In this document: piece by piece, positions 1 to 9,685 of the stretch | Position numbering within the stretch: position 1 is the stretch's first letter | Layout: every line of letters begins with the position of its first letter | Assembly (NCBI GenBank): GCA_003144275.1 | Contig: NJBF01000023.1 | Span: 1 to 32,000 of the forward strand | Origin: Candidatus Heimdallarchaeota archaeon B3_Heim | GTDB lineage: Archaea > Asgardarchaeota > Heimdallarchaeia > Hodarchaeales > Hodarchaeaceae | Direction: 5' to 3' | Length of the DNA stretch: 32,000 nucleotides | Program-made: the position numbers and the translations under genes | Notes under the pieces: generated by a model | Seen by the model: the letters and a program-made list of their open reading frames with translations, nothing else | Database searches by the model: none | What the model was told of the DNA's origin: nothing

Positions 1-12
1 CAGTACTTCGTA
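1..12 (+). repeat. Left terminal inverted repeat of IS
   Basis: CAGTACTTCGTA is the exact reverse complement of 1269-1280. Confidence 0.92.
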
Positions 13-89
13 ACTATGGGAGAGGGTGATCTTCATGAAATCTCGAAGAGGAAAGACTTAAATGCGGAGAAAAGCAATTAGTAGTCATT

Positions 90-1268
90 ATGAACAAAAT
101 AAAACTACCTCGCTTTCCACCACGGAAAGCACGAAATACATCGACCCTTATAAACTTTGTAGTACGCTGGTTAGATAAATATCAACTCTTATTAAACCCA
201 GTTCCAAGTAGCTCGCCTTTCAACCTGAAGGATAGATTGAAATTACTTTTACTTACCGCTATAGATCGAACCTCAATTTCTCGCAAAGCTCGAGATCTAC
301 GAGAGCAAAACCTCCCAATTCCCTCGGGTGAAGCTACTTTAGCATGGTTAAAAACCAAATCCGTTGAAGATATAACAGCCTCGCAACAAACTGGTTTCTA
401 CCAATTCTTAGAGAGTCTGCCTGAGAACTTTCAGTTTGCTCGGAAGCAAGGAATGTTGCTAGCGATCGACTTCCATACTGATCCTAATTATGCAAAAACT
501 TTATCCGCTTATATCTGTAAAGGTAGGAAGAAAGCCAGTACCCACCAGTTTTATCAATATATCACAGTCATTTGGTTAAATGCACCCGAACCAATCACGT
601 TAGGAGTCCAACTTCTCCCTACAAAGCATTCGACTTTCAAGACTGTTCAGAGCCTTTTGACACCTCTACTCACTCAAGAACGAATTGTTGGAGTACTTGC
701 GGATGGTGGATTTTATAATTATGATTTGATCCAGTGGTTTATTCATAAGCAAATTTTTTTCATCATTCGAGGACGTGTTAATGCAGGTGTTAAACCTTTG
801 GTGCAAAAATACCAAGAAGAGTTACGTCAAAAAGGAACACATTTGGTTGTAGACTATCGTGTGAATAAAGGCCATACTCGGAAACGACTTCCCGTTAAGC
901 TCGCTCTTTGCCGAGCAGGTGATCGTATCATGGCTTTAATTGTACCTCCCACCTGTGTTCTCTCAGGAAGACGGATTTATGATCTTTATCGGCAGCGTTT
1001 CACGATTGAGACCTATTATAGGCAGATGCATCGCTTTCAGATTTTTAGTTGCTCCCAACACCCAGCTGTCCGATTTATTATCGTTCTTCTCGCATTTTGG
1101 TTATGTAATTTCTGGGCCTACTTTAAAGCGCTGCTTAATCTCTTAAAACCAACTAGTCGTAGGTGTCGGGTGGATTTTGTTTATACAGCAAACGATTTTT
1201 GTGAATTTCTCCGCACATCATGGGATCGGACGCTATTTAACGGACAAGGGGTATTTTCGAGGAGGTGA
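90..1268 (+). CDS. DDE transposase (ISH3/IS4-like)
   Basis: Candidate catalytic triad in LAIDFH, VLADGGFY and YRQRFTIETYYR (Y-x2-R-x2-IE-x2-(Y/F)R signature). The stop codon abuts the right TIR. Confidence 0.92.
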   Translation: MNKIKLPRFPPRKARNTSTLINFVVRWLDKYQLLLNPVPSSSPFNLKDRLKLLLLTAIDRTSISRKARDLREQNLPIPSGEATLAWLKTKSVEDITASQQTGFYQFLESLPENFQFARKQGMLLAIDFHTDPNYAKTLSAYICKGRKKASTHQFYQYITVIWLNAPEPITLGVQLLPTKHSTFKTVQSLLTPLLTQERIVGVLADGGFYNYDLIQWFIHKQIFFIIRGRVNAGVKPLVQKYQEELRQKGTHLVVDYRVNKGHTRKRLPVKLALCRAGDRIMALIVPPTCVLSGRRIYDLYRQRFTIETYYRQMHRFQIFSCSQHPAVRFIIVLLAFWLCNFWAYFKALLNLLKPTSRRCRVDFVYTANDFCEFLRTSWDRTLFNGQGVFSRR

Positions 1269-1280
1269 TACGAAGTACTG
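1269..1280 (-). repeat. Right terminal inverted repeat of IS
   Basis: TACGAAGTACTG, reverse complement of 1-12. Confidence 0.92.
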
Positions 1281-1791
1281 CAACGGTTAATGTCCAAATA
1301 CCATGAAAAATACCCATGTATTGTCATAAATTATAGAATTAATGAAATCAGATTTTTCTATCTCTCTTTAAATAACCCCATTGCTAGATTTTGAGAGAGT
1401 TAAAATCCCTCTCATACCTTCTTTTTAAAACTAGCATATGGATTTTCACAAAAGGTCATTTTCCTCTTTCGTGTCATAGCGGTAGCAGAAGCGTTTCTCA
1501 AGCAATTTCAAGTCATTCATGGCATTACACCTTAAACTGATGAAATTTTCCCACATCTTAAGGATTTTTTAAACAAAAATGGTTAATTCAAATAATCGAT
1601 TGAAAAACAAATCAAAAATGAAAGGAACTTGCTAATTAGCAGACTTTTCCTTTTTTGGTGCTCTTGGTTATCGTTTTAGAATGACTTAGAAATGACAATG
1701 CAAGTACTGAAAATAAGTTGAACTTGATATTGTAAAGAAATCTGGCATTGCTGGTAAATTTCTTTAACACATCTAAATCTCAATCTCAAAT

Positions 1792-2814
1792 ATGTTTAAT
1801 CCTGCACAAATTGGCTCATTAAAGATACCAAACCGATTTATACGTTCAGCAACGGCTGAATTTGCAGCAAATCCTGATGGTACAGTAATTGATGAATATT
1901 ACAAGCTGTACACCGATTTAGCGCTAGGGGAAGTTGGTTTGATAATTCAGGGACATCTCTATATAATGGATGAAGGAAAAGCACATGATAAAATGGCGGG
2001 GATAGCCCATGATTATCATTTAGATGGACTTAAACGAATTGTTCAATCTATTCATAATACTAGCACTGGAAGTAAAGTTGCAGCACAATTAAACCATGGT
2101 GGGTTTCATTCTGTTTCTAAGAAAGCTCCTTCCAAGCGTGATGAAAAGAACGACAGAGTTATGACTGAAGACGATATTGAAAATATCATTTTAAATTTTG
2201 GTAATGCTGCTCTAAAAGCAAAGCAAGCTGGTTATGATGCTGTACAAATTCATGCTGCACATGGATATCTTGTAAGTCAGTTTTTATCAAGTAAGTTAAA
2301 TCAAAGAACTGATTCTTGGGGAGGTAGTTTAGAAAATAAAGCACAAATACTTCTATCAATTTATCAAAGGATTAGATCGCAAGTAGGATCTAATTTTCCT
2401 GTATTAGTTAAAATGAACAATTCGGATGAACCTCATGAAGGATTTCCTGTGGAAGAAGCAGCTAAAGTTGCTAAATGGTTGGCAGAAGAGGGTTTAGATG
2501 CAATCGAGGTAAGTGGTTTACGCTCAACACGAACTAAATTTGAAGACGAGGCATATTTTTCTAAAAATGCAAGAATAATTAAAAAGAACATTGGCGATAT
2601 GCCTCTTTCGGTGGTTGGCGGATTTCGGTCTTTAAAAGTAATTCAACAACTCCATCAGGAGTTTGCAGACTTTGTTTCCATTTGTCGTCCTTTTATAAGA
2701 GAACCTGATCTAGTAAAGAAGTTTCGTGAAGGAAAGGAAATATCAGACTGTATTTCGTGTAATAAATGTTTCAAACCACCACTCATAATTACCTGTCTCG
2801 ATAAGGAAAATTAG
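1792..2814 (+). CDS. NADH:flavin oxidoreductase (Old Yellow Enzyme family)
   Basis: IPNRFIRSAT, GEVGLII, AAQLNHGG, AGYDAVQIHAAHGYLVSQFLS..N.RTD.WGGSLEN, CRPFIREPDL and a C-terminal CISCNKC. Confidence 0.93.
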   Translation: MFNPAQIGSLKIPNRFIRSATAEFAANPDGTVIDEYYKLYTDLALGEVGLIIQGHLYIMDEGKAHDKMAGIAHDYHLDGLKRIVQSIHNTSTGSKVAAQLNHGGFHSVSKKAPSKRDEKNDRVMTEDDIENIILNFGNAALKAKQAGYDAVQIHAAHGYLVSQFLSSKLNQRTDSWGGSLENKAQILLSIYQRIRSQVGSNFPVLVKMNNSDEPHEGFPVEEAAKVAKWLAEEGLDAIEVSGLRSTRTKFEDEAYFSKNARIIKKNIGDMPLSVVGGFRSLKVIQQLHQEFADFVSICRPFIREPDLVKKFREGKEISDCISCNKCFKPPLIITCLDKEN

Positions 2815-2860
2815 AATCATCTTTTTTCTTAAGACAGAAGTTTATTGCTTAAAATCATTA

Positions 2861-3832
2861 TTATAAACGATCGACTGGACCAGTACGAATAGAAGTTCGT
2901 GATTTCTCAATGAGAGAGCTCATACGTTCGATTTGGACTAATAGTAATTTTACGTCATCTTCAGTTAAAGAAATCCCTTTTTCTTTTGACGTTTCTAAAA
3001 TAGCAAGAATAATATGATTTATATTCGACAAATCATGATTTATGATGTCAATAAAGGTATTTCGCTCGAATTCCAATTTTCTCTGGTGGTATCGTTGTAA
3101 ATATGTCCACCGAAGTGTGGGAAACATCACTAAACATAACATCGTGGTTGCGAAGACAAGAGCGCGAAATTCTGAGGTCAATGGAAAAACAAGACGAAAT
3201 AGAATTGATAAAATAAGACCTACAAAAGCTAATAGTGAGATAATTAAAAATAAATAATGGTAAGTTGATACACCGTATTTTTTCTGGTAATCTCGTCTAT
3301 ATTCAGATACTGTTTGGATACCATACCAGGTCCCAGTTATTAAAGCAAATAGAGTACTGAAATTCACTACCCATGGCGGATTGTAACCAAATAAAGGTAT
3401 ACTATTCTGAATCTCCAAAATCTCCAAATCCACGAAAAGGTAAGAGACAAATGCAATAATGCCAACTAAGCATAAAAGACTCCATACAATTAGACCAGAT
3501 TTAGTTAAATTGAACTCAAGTTTTAGAGCAAGAGCTAAGAAAAAGAACGTTATGATAGCTGCAATATTTACCGTTTTAATTAGACTAATAAGGTTAAAAA
3601 CGAGTATCGTAGATTCTGGATTAACTAGGGAAATCCAATTATAACCTAGTAGATTTCCAGTATAAAAAAGGAAAATCCAAAGAAAAAATCCGAAATATGT
3701 GATATTATAATAGCTTTGGGCTTGCTTCCTTAATTGGAGAACTCTCAAACCATAGAATATAATCCCCATTATAGAAAGAAATAAACTGAAAGAAACAAGG
3801 ATGTTGACTAGCAGGAGTATAAGCATTTTCAC
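2861..3832 (-). CDS. Seven-TM membrane protein with C-terminal HisKA (DHp)-like helix pair and no HATPase domain
   Basis: About seven hydrophobic segments, then TFIDIINHDLSNINHIIL (H-box-like) and IERMSSLIEK (second DHp helix), then stop. The start may be ATG 3826. Confidence 0.7.
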   Translation of the reverse strand: MKMLILLLVNILVSFSLFLSIMGIIFYGLRVLQLRKQAQSYYNITYFGFFLWIFLFYTGNLLGYNWISLVNPESTILVFNLISLIKTVNIAAIITFFFLALALKLEFNLTKSGLIVWSLLCLVGIIAFVSYLFVDLEILEIQNSIPLFGYNPPWVVNFSTLFALITGTWYGIQTVSEYRRDYQKKYGVSTYHYLFLIISLLAFVGLILSILFRLVFPLTSEFRALVFATTMLCLVMFPTLRWTYLQRYHQRKLEFERNTFIDIINHDLSNINHIILAILETSKEKGISLTEDDVKLLLVQIERMSSLIEKSRTSIRTGPVDRL

Positions 3833-4064
3833 CGCCCCAATTGTTGAACCACCTTAAAAATCAAGACCAAATTCCTCAGTACTGGTGAAATAGTGACACT
3901 TCCTTAAAAATACTATCCTATTCGGAAAAATTCCTATCACTAAGTAAATCAGGTCCTAGCGGTTATTTAAGCAGATAATAATGATTTTCGTGGATTCCTT
4001 TTTTATATACATTGGCTTTACCCTTCCTCATCTTCACAATGGTCTAGATGAGACTAATTTTGCT

Positions 4065-4163
4065 AAACAAAGAGTCTTTTTCCTGCAAGATTTTCCCTAT
4101 TCTTCTTAAGAAAATCTTTCCCTTCTTTTGCCCAAAACAAAACAAAGAGTCTTTTTTTTTTTT
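4065..4163. repeat. 17-bp direct repeat pair followed by a T12 tract
   Basis: AAACAAAGAGTCTTTTT at 4065-4081 and 4140-4156. The T run spans 4152-4163. Confidence 0.8.
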
Positions 4164-4280
4164 ACACGAGAACGGTAGGTACCATTATCGTGGGATCAAT
4201 ATTTTGAGGTAATGTTTGTAAAATCATGATAGTTCATTCCTTAACTCTAGTTTAGCTTCATGATTTTATTAAATAGAACA

Positions 4281-5356
4281 CTAGTTGATCATTTGTTCTG
4301 TTTCTCTATTTCTACTCCAAGCTTTTGATGTTAACAAGACCAAATAATAAATCCCTAATAACAACCCGACTGACATAATTACCTTTATTTCCTGTGGTGC
4401 TTGCTTGCTCAGACCACTGAGGGTAAAGAGCAGTGAAACACTGATCCAAAGCGTAGTGATGGTCACATCGAATATAGAACGTTTCCTTCGCTTAAGAGTA
4501 ACTTGTTCAGCTTTTTTTGAAGCGTCAGTCGACAGTGATGCCTCTTTGTGCCCCAAAGTGAAAGTAATTGCCTTATTTGGACATATATCGGTGCATTTGA
4601 GACATCGGATGCAGTCTAAGCTACGTATCTCGCCGTGCTTTTTGAGGTCACCCAGTACATCCACCTGCATCGGACAATTGCGGTTGCATTGCCCACAACC
4701 CACACATTCATTGCTTACCAACCGCACTTTACCCATACAACCGCTTCCAAAAATTTTGAGTAGTGCACCGATCGGGCATAGGTAACGGCACCAAGCTCTT
4801 CTCCCAAAAATAAAGATGAGTACTGGACCATATAAAACCGCGGTAAGCAGGATGGAAATCCCAGTTTGTTGTCCCCCCACGGTTCTATATCCGCCAGCTG
4901 TAATGTAAACATGGTTGGGAAAGTTTTCAACCATGTCACTAGCAAGGAGCTGTAGATCTTCATCACCAAAGCAACGAAAGCTAAGGCGCCTAAATGCAAT
5001 AATACCCTACGAGGAACCTTATTTTTTCGTGTTTTCTCCATCCCCACCTCGATTAGTTCCAGATAACCACCAAACCAGCAGAACCAACCGCAGAAAACTC
5101 GACCAAATAATAATGCGGAGATAAATACAAAAATCCAGAAGAAAAACCCAGCATTGAGCACTCCCCGCGAAAGTCCTGAGAATAATGCTTCGATTCCGAT
5201 GCTACCAACAATCTGAATTCCCATTGGATACCAAGTAATCAGATGCGTAAAAATTAACAACATTAAGAATAATCTGCTGAATGTACGAAGTGTTTGCCCC
5301 CTAATCGTGACTGCATTCCTCGAAATGGTCTTTTTGGTACCCATTATATCAAACAT
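4281..5356 (-). pseudogene. Membrane 4Fe-4S binding protein (NapH/FixG-like polyferredoxin), split by a 1-nt frameshift
   Basis: ORF 4715-5356 carries the N-half (TMs, FGRVFCGWFCWFG). ORF 4281-4934 carries the C-half (RRAWCRYLCPIG, CVGCGQCNRNCP, CIRCLKCTDICP). Adding one G to the G6 run (C6 at 4873-4878 on +) joins them as ..IEPWGGQQTGISIL.. Confidence 0.85.
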
Positions 5357-5448
5357 CTTTTTTTCTGTAGGTAAATTCGATTTTTATTTGGAATTCTATT
5401 TGATCATAACCTTTAGCTGGGATTTTTCCCTGCTTCACTCTATTCTAA

Positions 5449-5613
5449 TCATTCTTCTATTGATATTTTGTCAAGAGTATCTTTGATGCATTCAAGTCTT
5501 TCAATAGTGCTTGTTAAACATTCTTTAGCGTGTTCAAGTGACTCTGTTTTAGTCATTTTATTATGATGTTCGCCTTTATGTTTACCACAGGTACATTTTT
5601 TCTTTTCTGACAT
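5449..5613 (-). CDS. Small Cys/His-rich protein, 54 aa (below the ORF-track cutoff)
   Basis: MSEKKKCTCGKHKGEHHNKMTKTESLEHAKECLTSTIERLECIKDTLDKISIEE*. A strong SD (GAGGTGA, + strand 5620-5626) lies 6 nt before the ATG. Confidence 0.8.
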   Translation of the reverse strand: MSEKKKCTCGKHKGEHHNKMTKTESLEHAKECLTSTIERLECIKDTLDKISIEE

Positions 5614-5659
5614 ATTTATTCACCTCTACTTCACTTTAGAATCTGGATTAATAGCGAAT

Positions 5660-5675
5660 AATAAAGCTTTATATA
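5660..5675. promoter_or_regulatory. Likely bidirectional BRE/TATA region between the small Cys/His gene and the HxlR gene
   Basis: Perfect palindrome ATAAAGCTTTAT (5661-5672) overlaps TTTATATA (5668-5675) in an 85-bp divergent intergenic region. Confidence 0.55.
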
Positions 5676-5698
5676 ATCATCACTCCTAACCTTAGTAG

Positions 5699-6103
5699 TT
5701 GCATTGGTGGTTTAAAGAATTGACAAAAGCACGACAAATTGTTGAAGAATGTTTTCCTGTTTCCTTAAATGGTGTGTGCCTAAAACCATTGGCTAAAAGT
5801 TTAAGATTAATAAGTAGTAAGTGGATGATATTTACTTTGATGGCACTTCCTCCTGATTCGACCCCAGTACGATATTCGGGAGTTAGAAATCGAGTAAAAC
5901 AGATTGTCTCTAAAAAAATCAGTGATACAACACTCTCAATACGTTTAAATGAATTAGTTGAGAAAAAGATTGTCGAACGAAAACAGTTTAATGAAATCCC
6001 TTTACGTGTTGAATATAATTTGACAATAAAAGGTACCGAGTTACAGAAAAGTCTTCAACCACTGATAGAATGGGCGATTCAAGATTGTCACCAAAAATCC
6101 TAA
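5699..6103 (+). CDS. HxlR-family winged-helix transcriptional regulator
   Basis: CLKPLAKSLRLISSKWMIF, VRYSG, ISDTTLSIRLNELVEKKIVERKQFNEIPLRVEYNLT.KG. The TTG start is uncertain. Confidence 0.88.
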   Translation: MHWWFKELTKARQIVEECFPVSLNGVCLKPLAKSLRLISSKWMIFTLMALPPDSTPVRYSGVRNRVKQIVSKKISDTTLSIRLNELVEKKIVERKQFNEIPLRVEYNLTIKGTELQKSLQPLIEWAIQDCHQKS

Positions 6104-6188
6104 CACACTTTTTTGATTTCTAAGAGTTCCTCTCTTCATCATCAATGTGAGAATGACATTTACAGTTAGAGTAAGTGTATGTATATAA

Positions 6189-6515
6189 TCACTTTTTGTA
6201 ATCCTCACGAACTGGATAGAAAACATCAACAACGTAGCAATCCGTAATAGCTTTCGCAGAATGTTTCACGTCAGATGGAATAGCAACAACTCCACCAGCA
6301 GTTAGTTTTGTAACTTCACCATCTAAGTCGAACTCGAACTCCCCTTCAATAAGATTTGTGACCTGTTCATGAGAATGACTATGTTCCTGAAGGATTGCAC
6401 CCGCACTAATTGACCAGTGTACTACTGTAAGGTTTTTTGTATGTATAAATCTTCCTTTAAATCCAGGGATAATTTCCTTTTCTTCAATCTCTAGTTTATT
6501 TGTGATTAACATCAT
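6189..6515 (-). CDS. Cupin domain protein
   Basis: EHSHSHEQ..LIEGEF and G.VVAIPSDVKHSA cupin metal motifs, with a GGAG SD upstream. Confidence 0.9.
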   Translation of the reverse strand: MMLITNKLEIEEKEIIPGFKGRFIHTKNLTVVHWSISAGAILQEHSHSHEQVTNLIEGEFEFDLDGEVTKLTAGGVVAIPSDVKHSAKAITDCYVVDVFYPVREDYKK

Positions 6516-6839
6516 TCCAGCTCCATTAATCTCATTCTAGGCTTTCTACTTTTTATTTTGATCCATTGCTCAAAACTTTACTGATATCCTCAATCTGTGA
6601 TTTATTCAAAGAATAAAGGTTTGATTACTGATTTAATTAACTTTGCATTGATTTTTTCAACAATACGTCCTTGGATCCTGTCAAAAAAAGTATCGTATAC
6701 TATATGGACTTCTTTCTAAAATGTACCTTTCAATATATTTATCGGTATATGCAAACTAGGAGATACGTATTTATGTTGGGTATTCTTTAGTTCCATAGGC
6801 AACAAAAAGCATGATTTAGTTGTATGTTGATAAAAGAGT

Positions 6840-7748
6840 GTGGAATTAGTGAGTAGACCTTCAACAATATCGTACGGTGCAATGGCAATTGCCATTCTTG
6901 GTTGGGGATTATCTACCACTTTCATTGAATTTGGTTTGGAATTCATTGCACCCTTCCCTTTTCTGTTTTTTCGATTCGGACTCGCAACCATTACATTAAC
7001 TCCTCTGGTTATTCTCTTCCGTGCCTCAGAATTTCTTGAATTAATAAGAAATAAATGGACATGGGTAATTGGAATTTCTGAATCCCTGGGATTGATTTTA
7101 CAATATTTAGGTCAAGAACGTGATGTGGCAGCAGGATTAGCCGCATTACTGTCATTAAGTTTCATAGTCATTGTCCCTTTTATTTCACCCTTCATACTAC
7201 ATGAGAAATTGGCAAAAAATCACTTAGTCGCCATGTCTGTTGCATTTATTGGAGTAATTTTCATTTCAAGTGAGGGGAATATGATTAATTTAACAGGTAG
7301 TTCGATTCTAGGTATTATCCTACTTCTTGGTGCAGCTGTTGGTTATGCATTTTACATCATATCAACCTCAAGATTGACGACCATAGAAAAACCAAACGTG
7401 GATACCTTTACTCTATTTTTCTCCGTCTTACTGATTATATCGCTTTCAAGTCTTTTTGCATCACTTACATTCAGTAATCTACCATCTGTCCCAAGAGAGG
7501 GAATACAATGGATTGTATTACTGACAATCTTTTCTACCCTGATCGCGTTTTTTGCTTATTTCAGAGCATTACAGGAGATTTCAGCAAATGTAGCTTCGGT
7601 ATTATTACCTTTACAGGTTCTAGTTCCGTTTGTTATAGATTTTTTTATTCTAGGTAGGATATATTCATTGTGGGTTCTTACAGGATCCTTCTTGATAATT
7701 ATAGCTATGTTGATAGTTGTAATCCACCCGCACCTTGAATCATCATGA
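6840..7748 (+). CDS. DMT superfamily (EamA) transporter
   Basis: About 10 TM in two repeats, with WGLSTTF..., FLFFRFGLA and AFFAYFRALQEISANVASVL. Confidence 0.88.
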   Translation: MELVSRPSTISYGAMAIAILGWGLSTTFIEFGLEFIAPFPFLFFRFGLATITLTPLVILFRASEFLELIRNKWTWVIGISESLGLILQYLGQERDVAAGLAALLSLSFIVIVPFISPFILHEKLAKNHLVAMSVAFIGVIFISSEGNMINLTGSSILGIILLLGAAVGYAFYIISTSRLTTIEKPNVDTFTLFFSVLLIISLSSLFASLTFSNLPSVPREGIQWIVLLTIFSTLIAFFAYFRALQEISANVASVLLPLQVLVPFVIDFFILGRIYSLWVLTGSFLIIIAMLIVVIHPHLESS

Positions 7749-7792
7749 ATCTAAAACTGATTTCAGAAGCTCTATTGCCACTACTTCCATTT

Positions 7793-9055
7793 CTAGTATT
7801 TTAGCTTATTCTGAGTTCTTCTTAAATAAATTAAGAAAAGCAAAGCAAGAATTGAGAAGAAACTAGCAAAGAGAAAGATTGGGAAATAACTTGTAGGTTC
7901 AAGAACACGTAGTATACCCACCAAAATAGGTCCCAACGCACCAACCAAGTTTGCAACCAACATAACTAGACCAAATGCTTGACCTTTATTTTTAGAATTC
8001 TTCGCTACAAGACTATTTGTACTAGGCCAGAAAATTGCATTGACAATTCCATGAAAAATGTATGCTAGAAATAGAATGGGTAACATTTCTGCAAAATAGA
8101 TGATTACCAAAATAACCACAGTAAATAACGCACCAAAAGATAGAACCCTATCTTCTCCATGTCTATCACCAAAATATCCCCCTAATAACTGTCCTGTTGA
8201 GCCTATCAATGTTGAAATACCAATATACAATGCAGCATCAGTAATTTCTATTCCTTTTACTTCTGAAAGAAAGGGAGATAATATAAAGTATATCATGCCC
8301 CTGTTAAGTGACATTGCGATCATAAAAGCGAAAATTATGAGTAATATAATATGAGAATTCTGAATATTCTTTTTGGTTAATTTTTTCCCATTATTAACGA
8401 GTTTGGATGCCATTTTTGCCACTGATCTATGATTTTCAGGCTCATAGCGTCCAACAAATATCCAAAAAACAATCGTGATTATAATCAATGGAATAGTCCA
8501 GAAAAGATAGAGCTCTTTCCAAGTGAGAGTTCCTAACAAAAAATATACCGATATAGGTCCAAGAGATGCTCCTAAACCACCCCCGATCCCATGAAGTGCC
8601 AATACTTGATTATATTTGCTACTTAGCGAATGTGTGGTGGGATCTTCATACGCTGTAGTAACCCAAGATAATCCAGGAGGATGATACAATGATACTCCTA
8701 ATCCCAAGAATACAACTCCACAGAGCATCATAACGAAAAAATTTCCCCAGAATCCAATAATAATTGTCCCGATTGTTGTTAAGACTAAACTCAAAGTCAT
8801 CAACACACCACGACGACGATTATCAGCTAACTTACCGAAAAATGGTGAAGGTAATGCCGCTGAAAGAGTCCCAACTGTTCCTATTGTCCCTAATCCAAGC
8901 CATCCTATCGAGGAAGAATCTTGAAAAAGATCAGAACCGACTAATAGTAATATAACGGGAAAAATAAAGAAGGGAATTTCCACTGAAGCATGTATGATGA
9001 ATGCTGCAATCAAGCTTATTCGAGGTGGAATTTCATTTTGTCCTACATGATTCAA
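7793..9055 (-). CDS. MFS transporter
   Basis: About 12 TM. Motif A in both halves (GKLADNRRRG, GYFGDRHGED), plus GVSLYHPPG. Confidence 0.9.
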   Translation of the reverse strand: MNHVGQNEIPPRISLIAAFIIHASVEIPFFIFPVILLLVGSDLFQDSSSIGWLGLGTIGTVGTLSAALPSPFFGKLADNRRRGVLMTLSLVLTTIGTIIIGFWGNFFVMMLCGVVFLGLGVSLYHPPGLSWVTTAYEDPTTHSLSSKYNQVLALHGIGGGLGASLGPISVYFLLGTLTWKELYLFWTIPLIIITIVFWIFVGRYEPENHRSVAKMASKLVNNGKKLTKKNIQNSHIILLIIFAFMIAMSLNRGMIYFILSPFLSEVKGIEITDAALYIGISTLIGSTGQLLGGYFGDRHGEDRVLSFGALFTVVILVIIYFAEMLPILFLAYIFHGIVNAIFWPSTNSLVAKNSKNKGQAFGLVMLVANLVGALGPILVGILRVLEPTSYFPIFLFASFFSILALLFLIYLRRTQNKLKY

Positions 9056-9103
9056 GTGAAAGCATCCCGCAAAAAATAAGTGATCTGGATGTAGCTGCCG
9101 AAA

Positions 9104-9685
9104 TCATGAATTCTCATACGAAATGTGAGTTGTTTTGACCTCTGGTTGGTCCCCTTTTTCAAGCTGTTCCTCAGTAATCTCTTCAAATAACTGAAAAAAC
9201 GCTTTTTCTACATTATCTCCATTTTTTGCTGAAGTCACAATAGTCGTAATATTCGGATACGCTGAACGAGGAAGTTCCACTCGAAGTTCTGTCAAATCGG
9301 ATTTATTCCCTAGTAGAATCATAGGTATTTGCTTTCTAATGTTATCTGTACACTCTTTCAGCCAAGATTGTACATTTCTGTAAGTTTGAGCATTTGTTAG
9401 ATCATAGATGATAATAGCTCCACTTGTCCCTGAATAAAAACGAGAACGAAATCGTTTAAAGTGTGTTTGACCAGACATATCCCATAAAACGAAGCGAATT
9501 GGTTTTTTAGTTTTTTTCGTCACGGTATTAAATGGAGAAATATCAACACCAATTGTCGTTTTATAAATACTGGAAAATTTCTTATGAATGAAGCGATTAA
9601 CTAAAGATGTCTTTCCAGTGCCTCCATCACCAATTAAAATTACTTTCAGAGATTTACTTTCTGTAGATTTTGTCATAAATATCAT
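9104..9685 (-). CDS. Ras-superfamily small GTPase (Rab/Ran-like)
   Basis: G1 GDGGTGKT, G2 TTIGVD, G3 WDMSGQ, G4 NKSD, G5 SAK. No C-terminal Cys prenylation motif. The start may be 9685 or 9676. Confidence 0.95.
   Translation of the reverse strand: MIFMTKSTESKSLKVILIGDGGTGKTSLVNRFIHKKFSSIYKTTIGVDISPFNTVTKKTKKPIRFVLWDMSGQTHFKRFRSRFYSGTSGAIIIYDLTNAQTYRNVQSWLKECTDNIRKQIPMILLGNKSDLTELRVELPRSAYPNITTIVTSAKNGDNVEKAFFQLFEEITEEQLEKGDQPEVKTTHISYENS

Larger units (their letters stand above)
1..1280 (+). mobile_element. Insertion sequence, ISH3-like (IS4 superfamily DDE), apparently intact
   Basis: Perfect 12-bp terminal inverted repeats CAGTACTTCGTA (1-12) and TACGAAGTACTG (1269-1280) enclose a single 392-aa DDE transposase. 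Size, CAG ends and motifs fit ISH3-type elements. The left flank is outside the window, so the target-site duplication cannot be checked. Confidence 0.9.

Noticed and set aside
35-61. 8-codon ORF with SD upstream of the transposase (possible programmed frameshift)
   Set aside because: The transposase is full length from ATG 90 and no slippery site is evident.
3877-3890. CAGTACTGG as another IS end
   Set aside because: Only 7 bp match, AGTACT is expected several times by chance in 32 kb, and there is no partner end.
6716-6991. 91-aa minus-strand ORF overlapping the EamA start
   Set aside because: Half is antisense to the transporter, with no motif and no SD seen.
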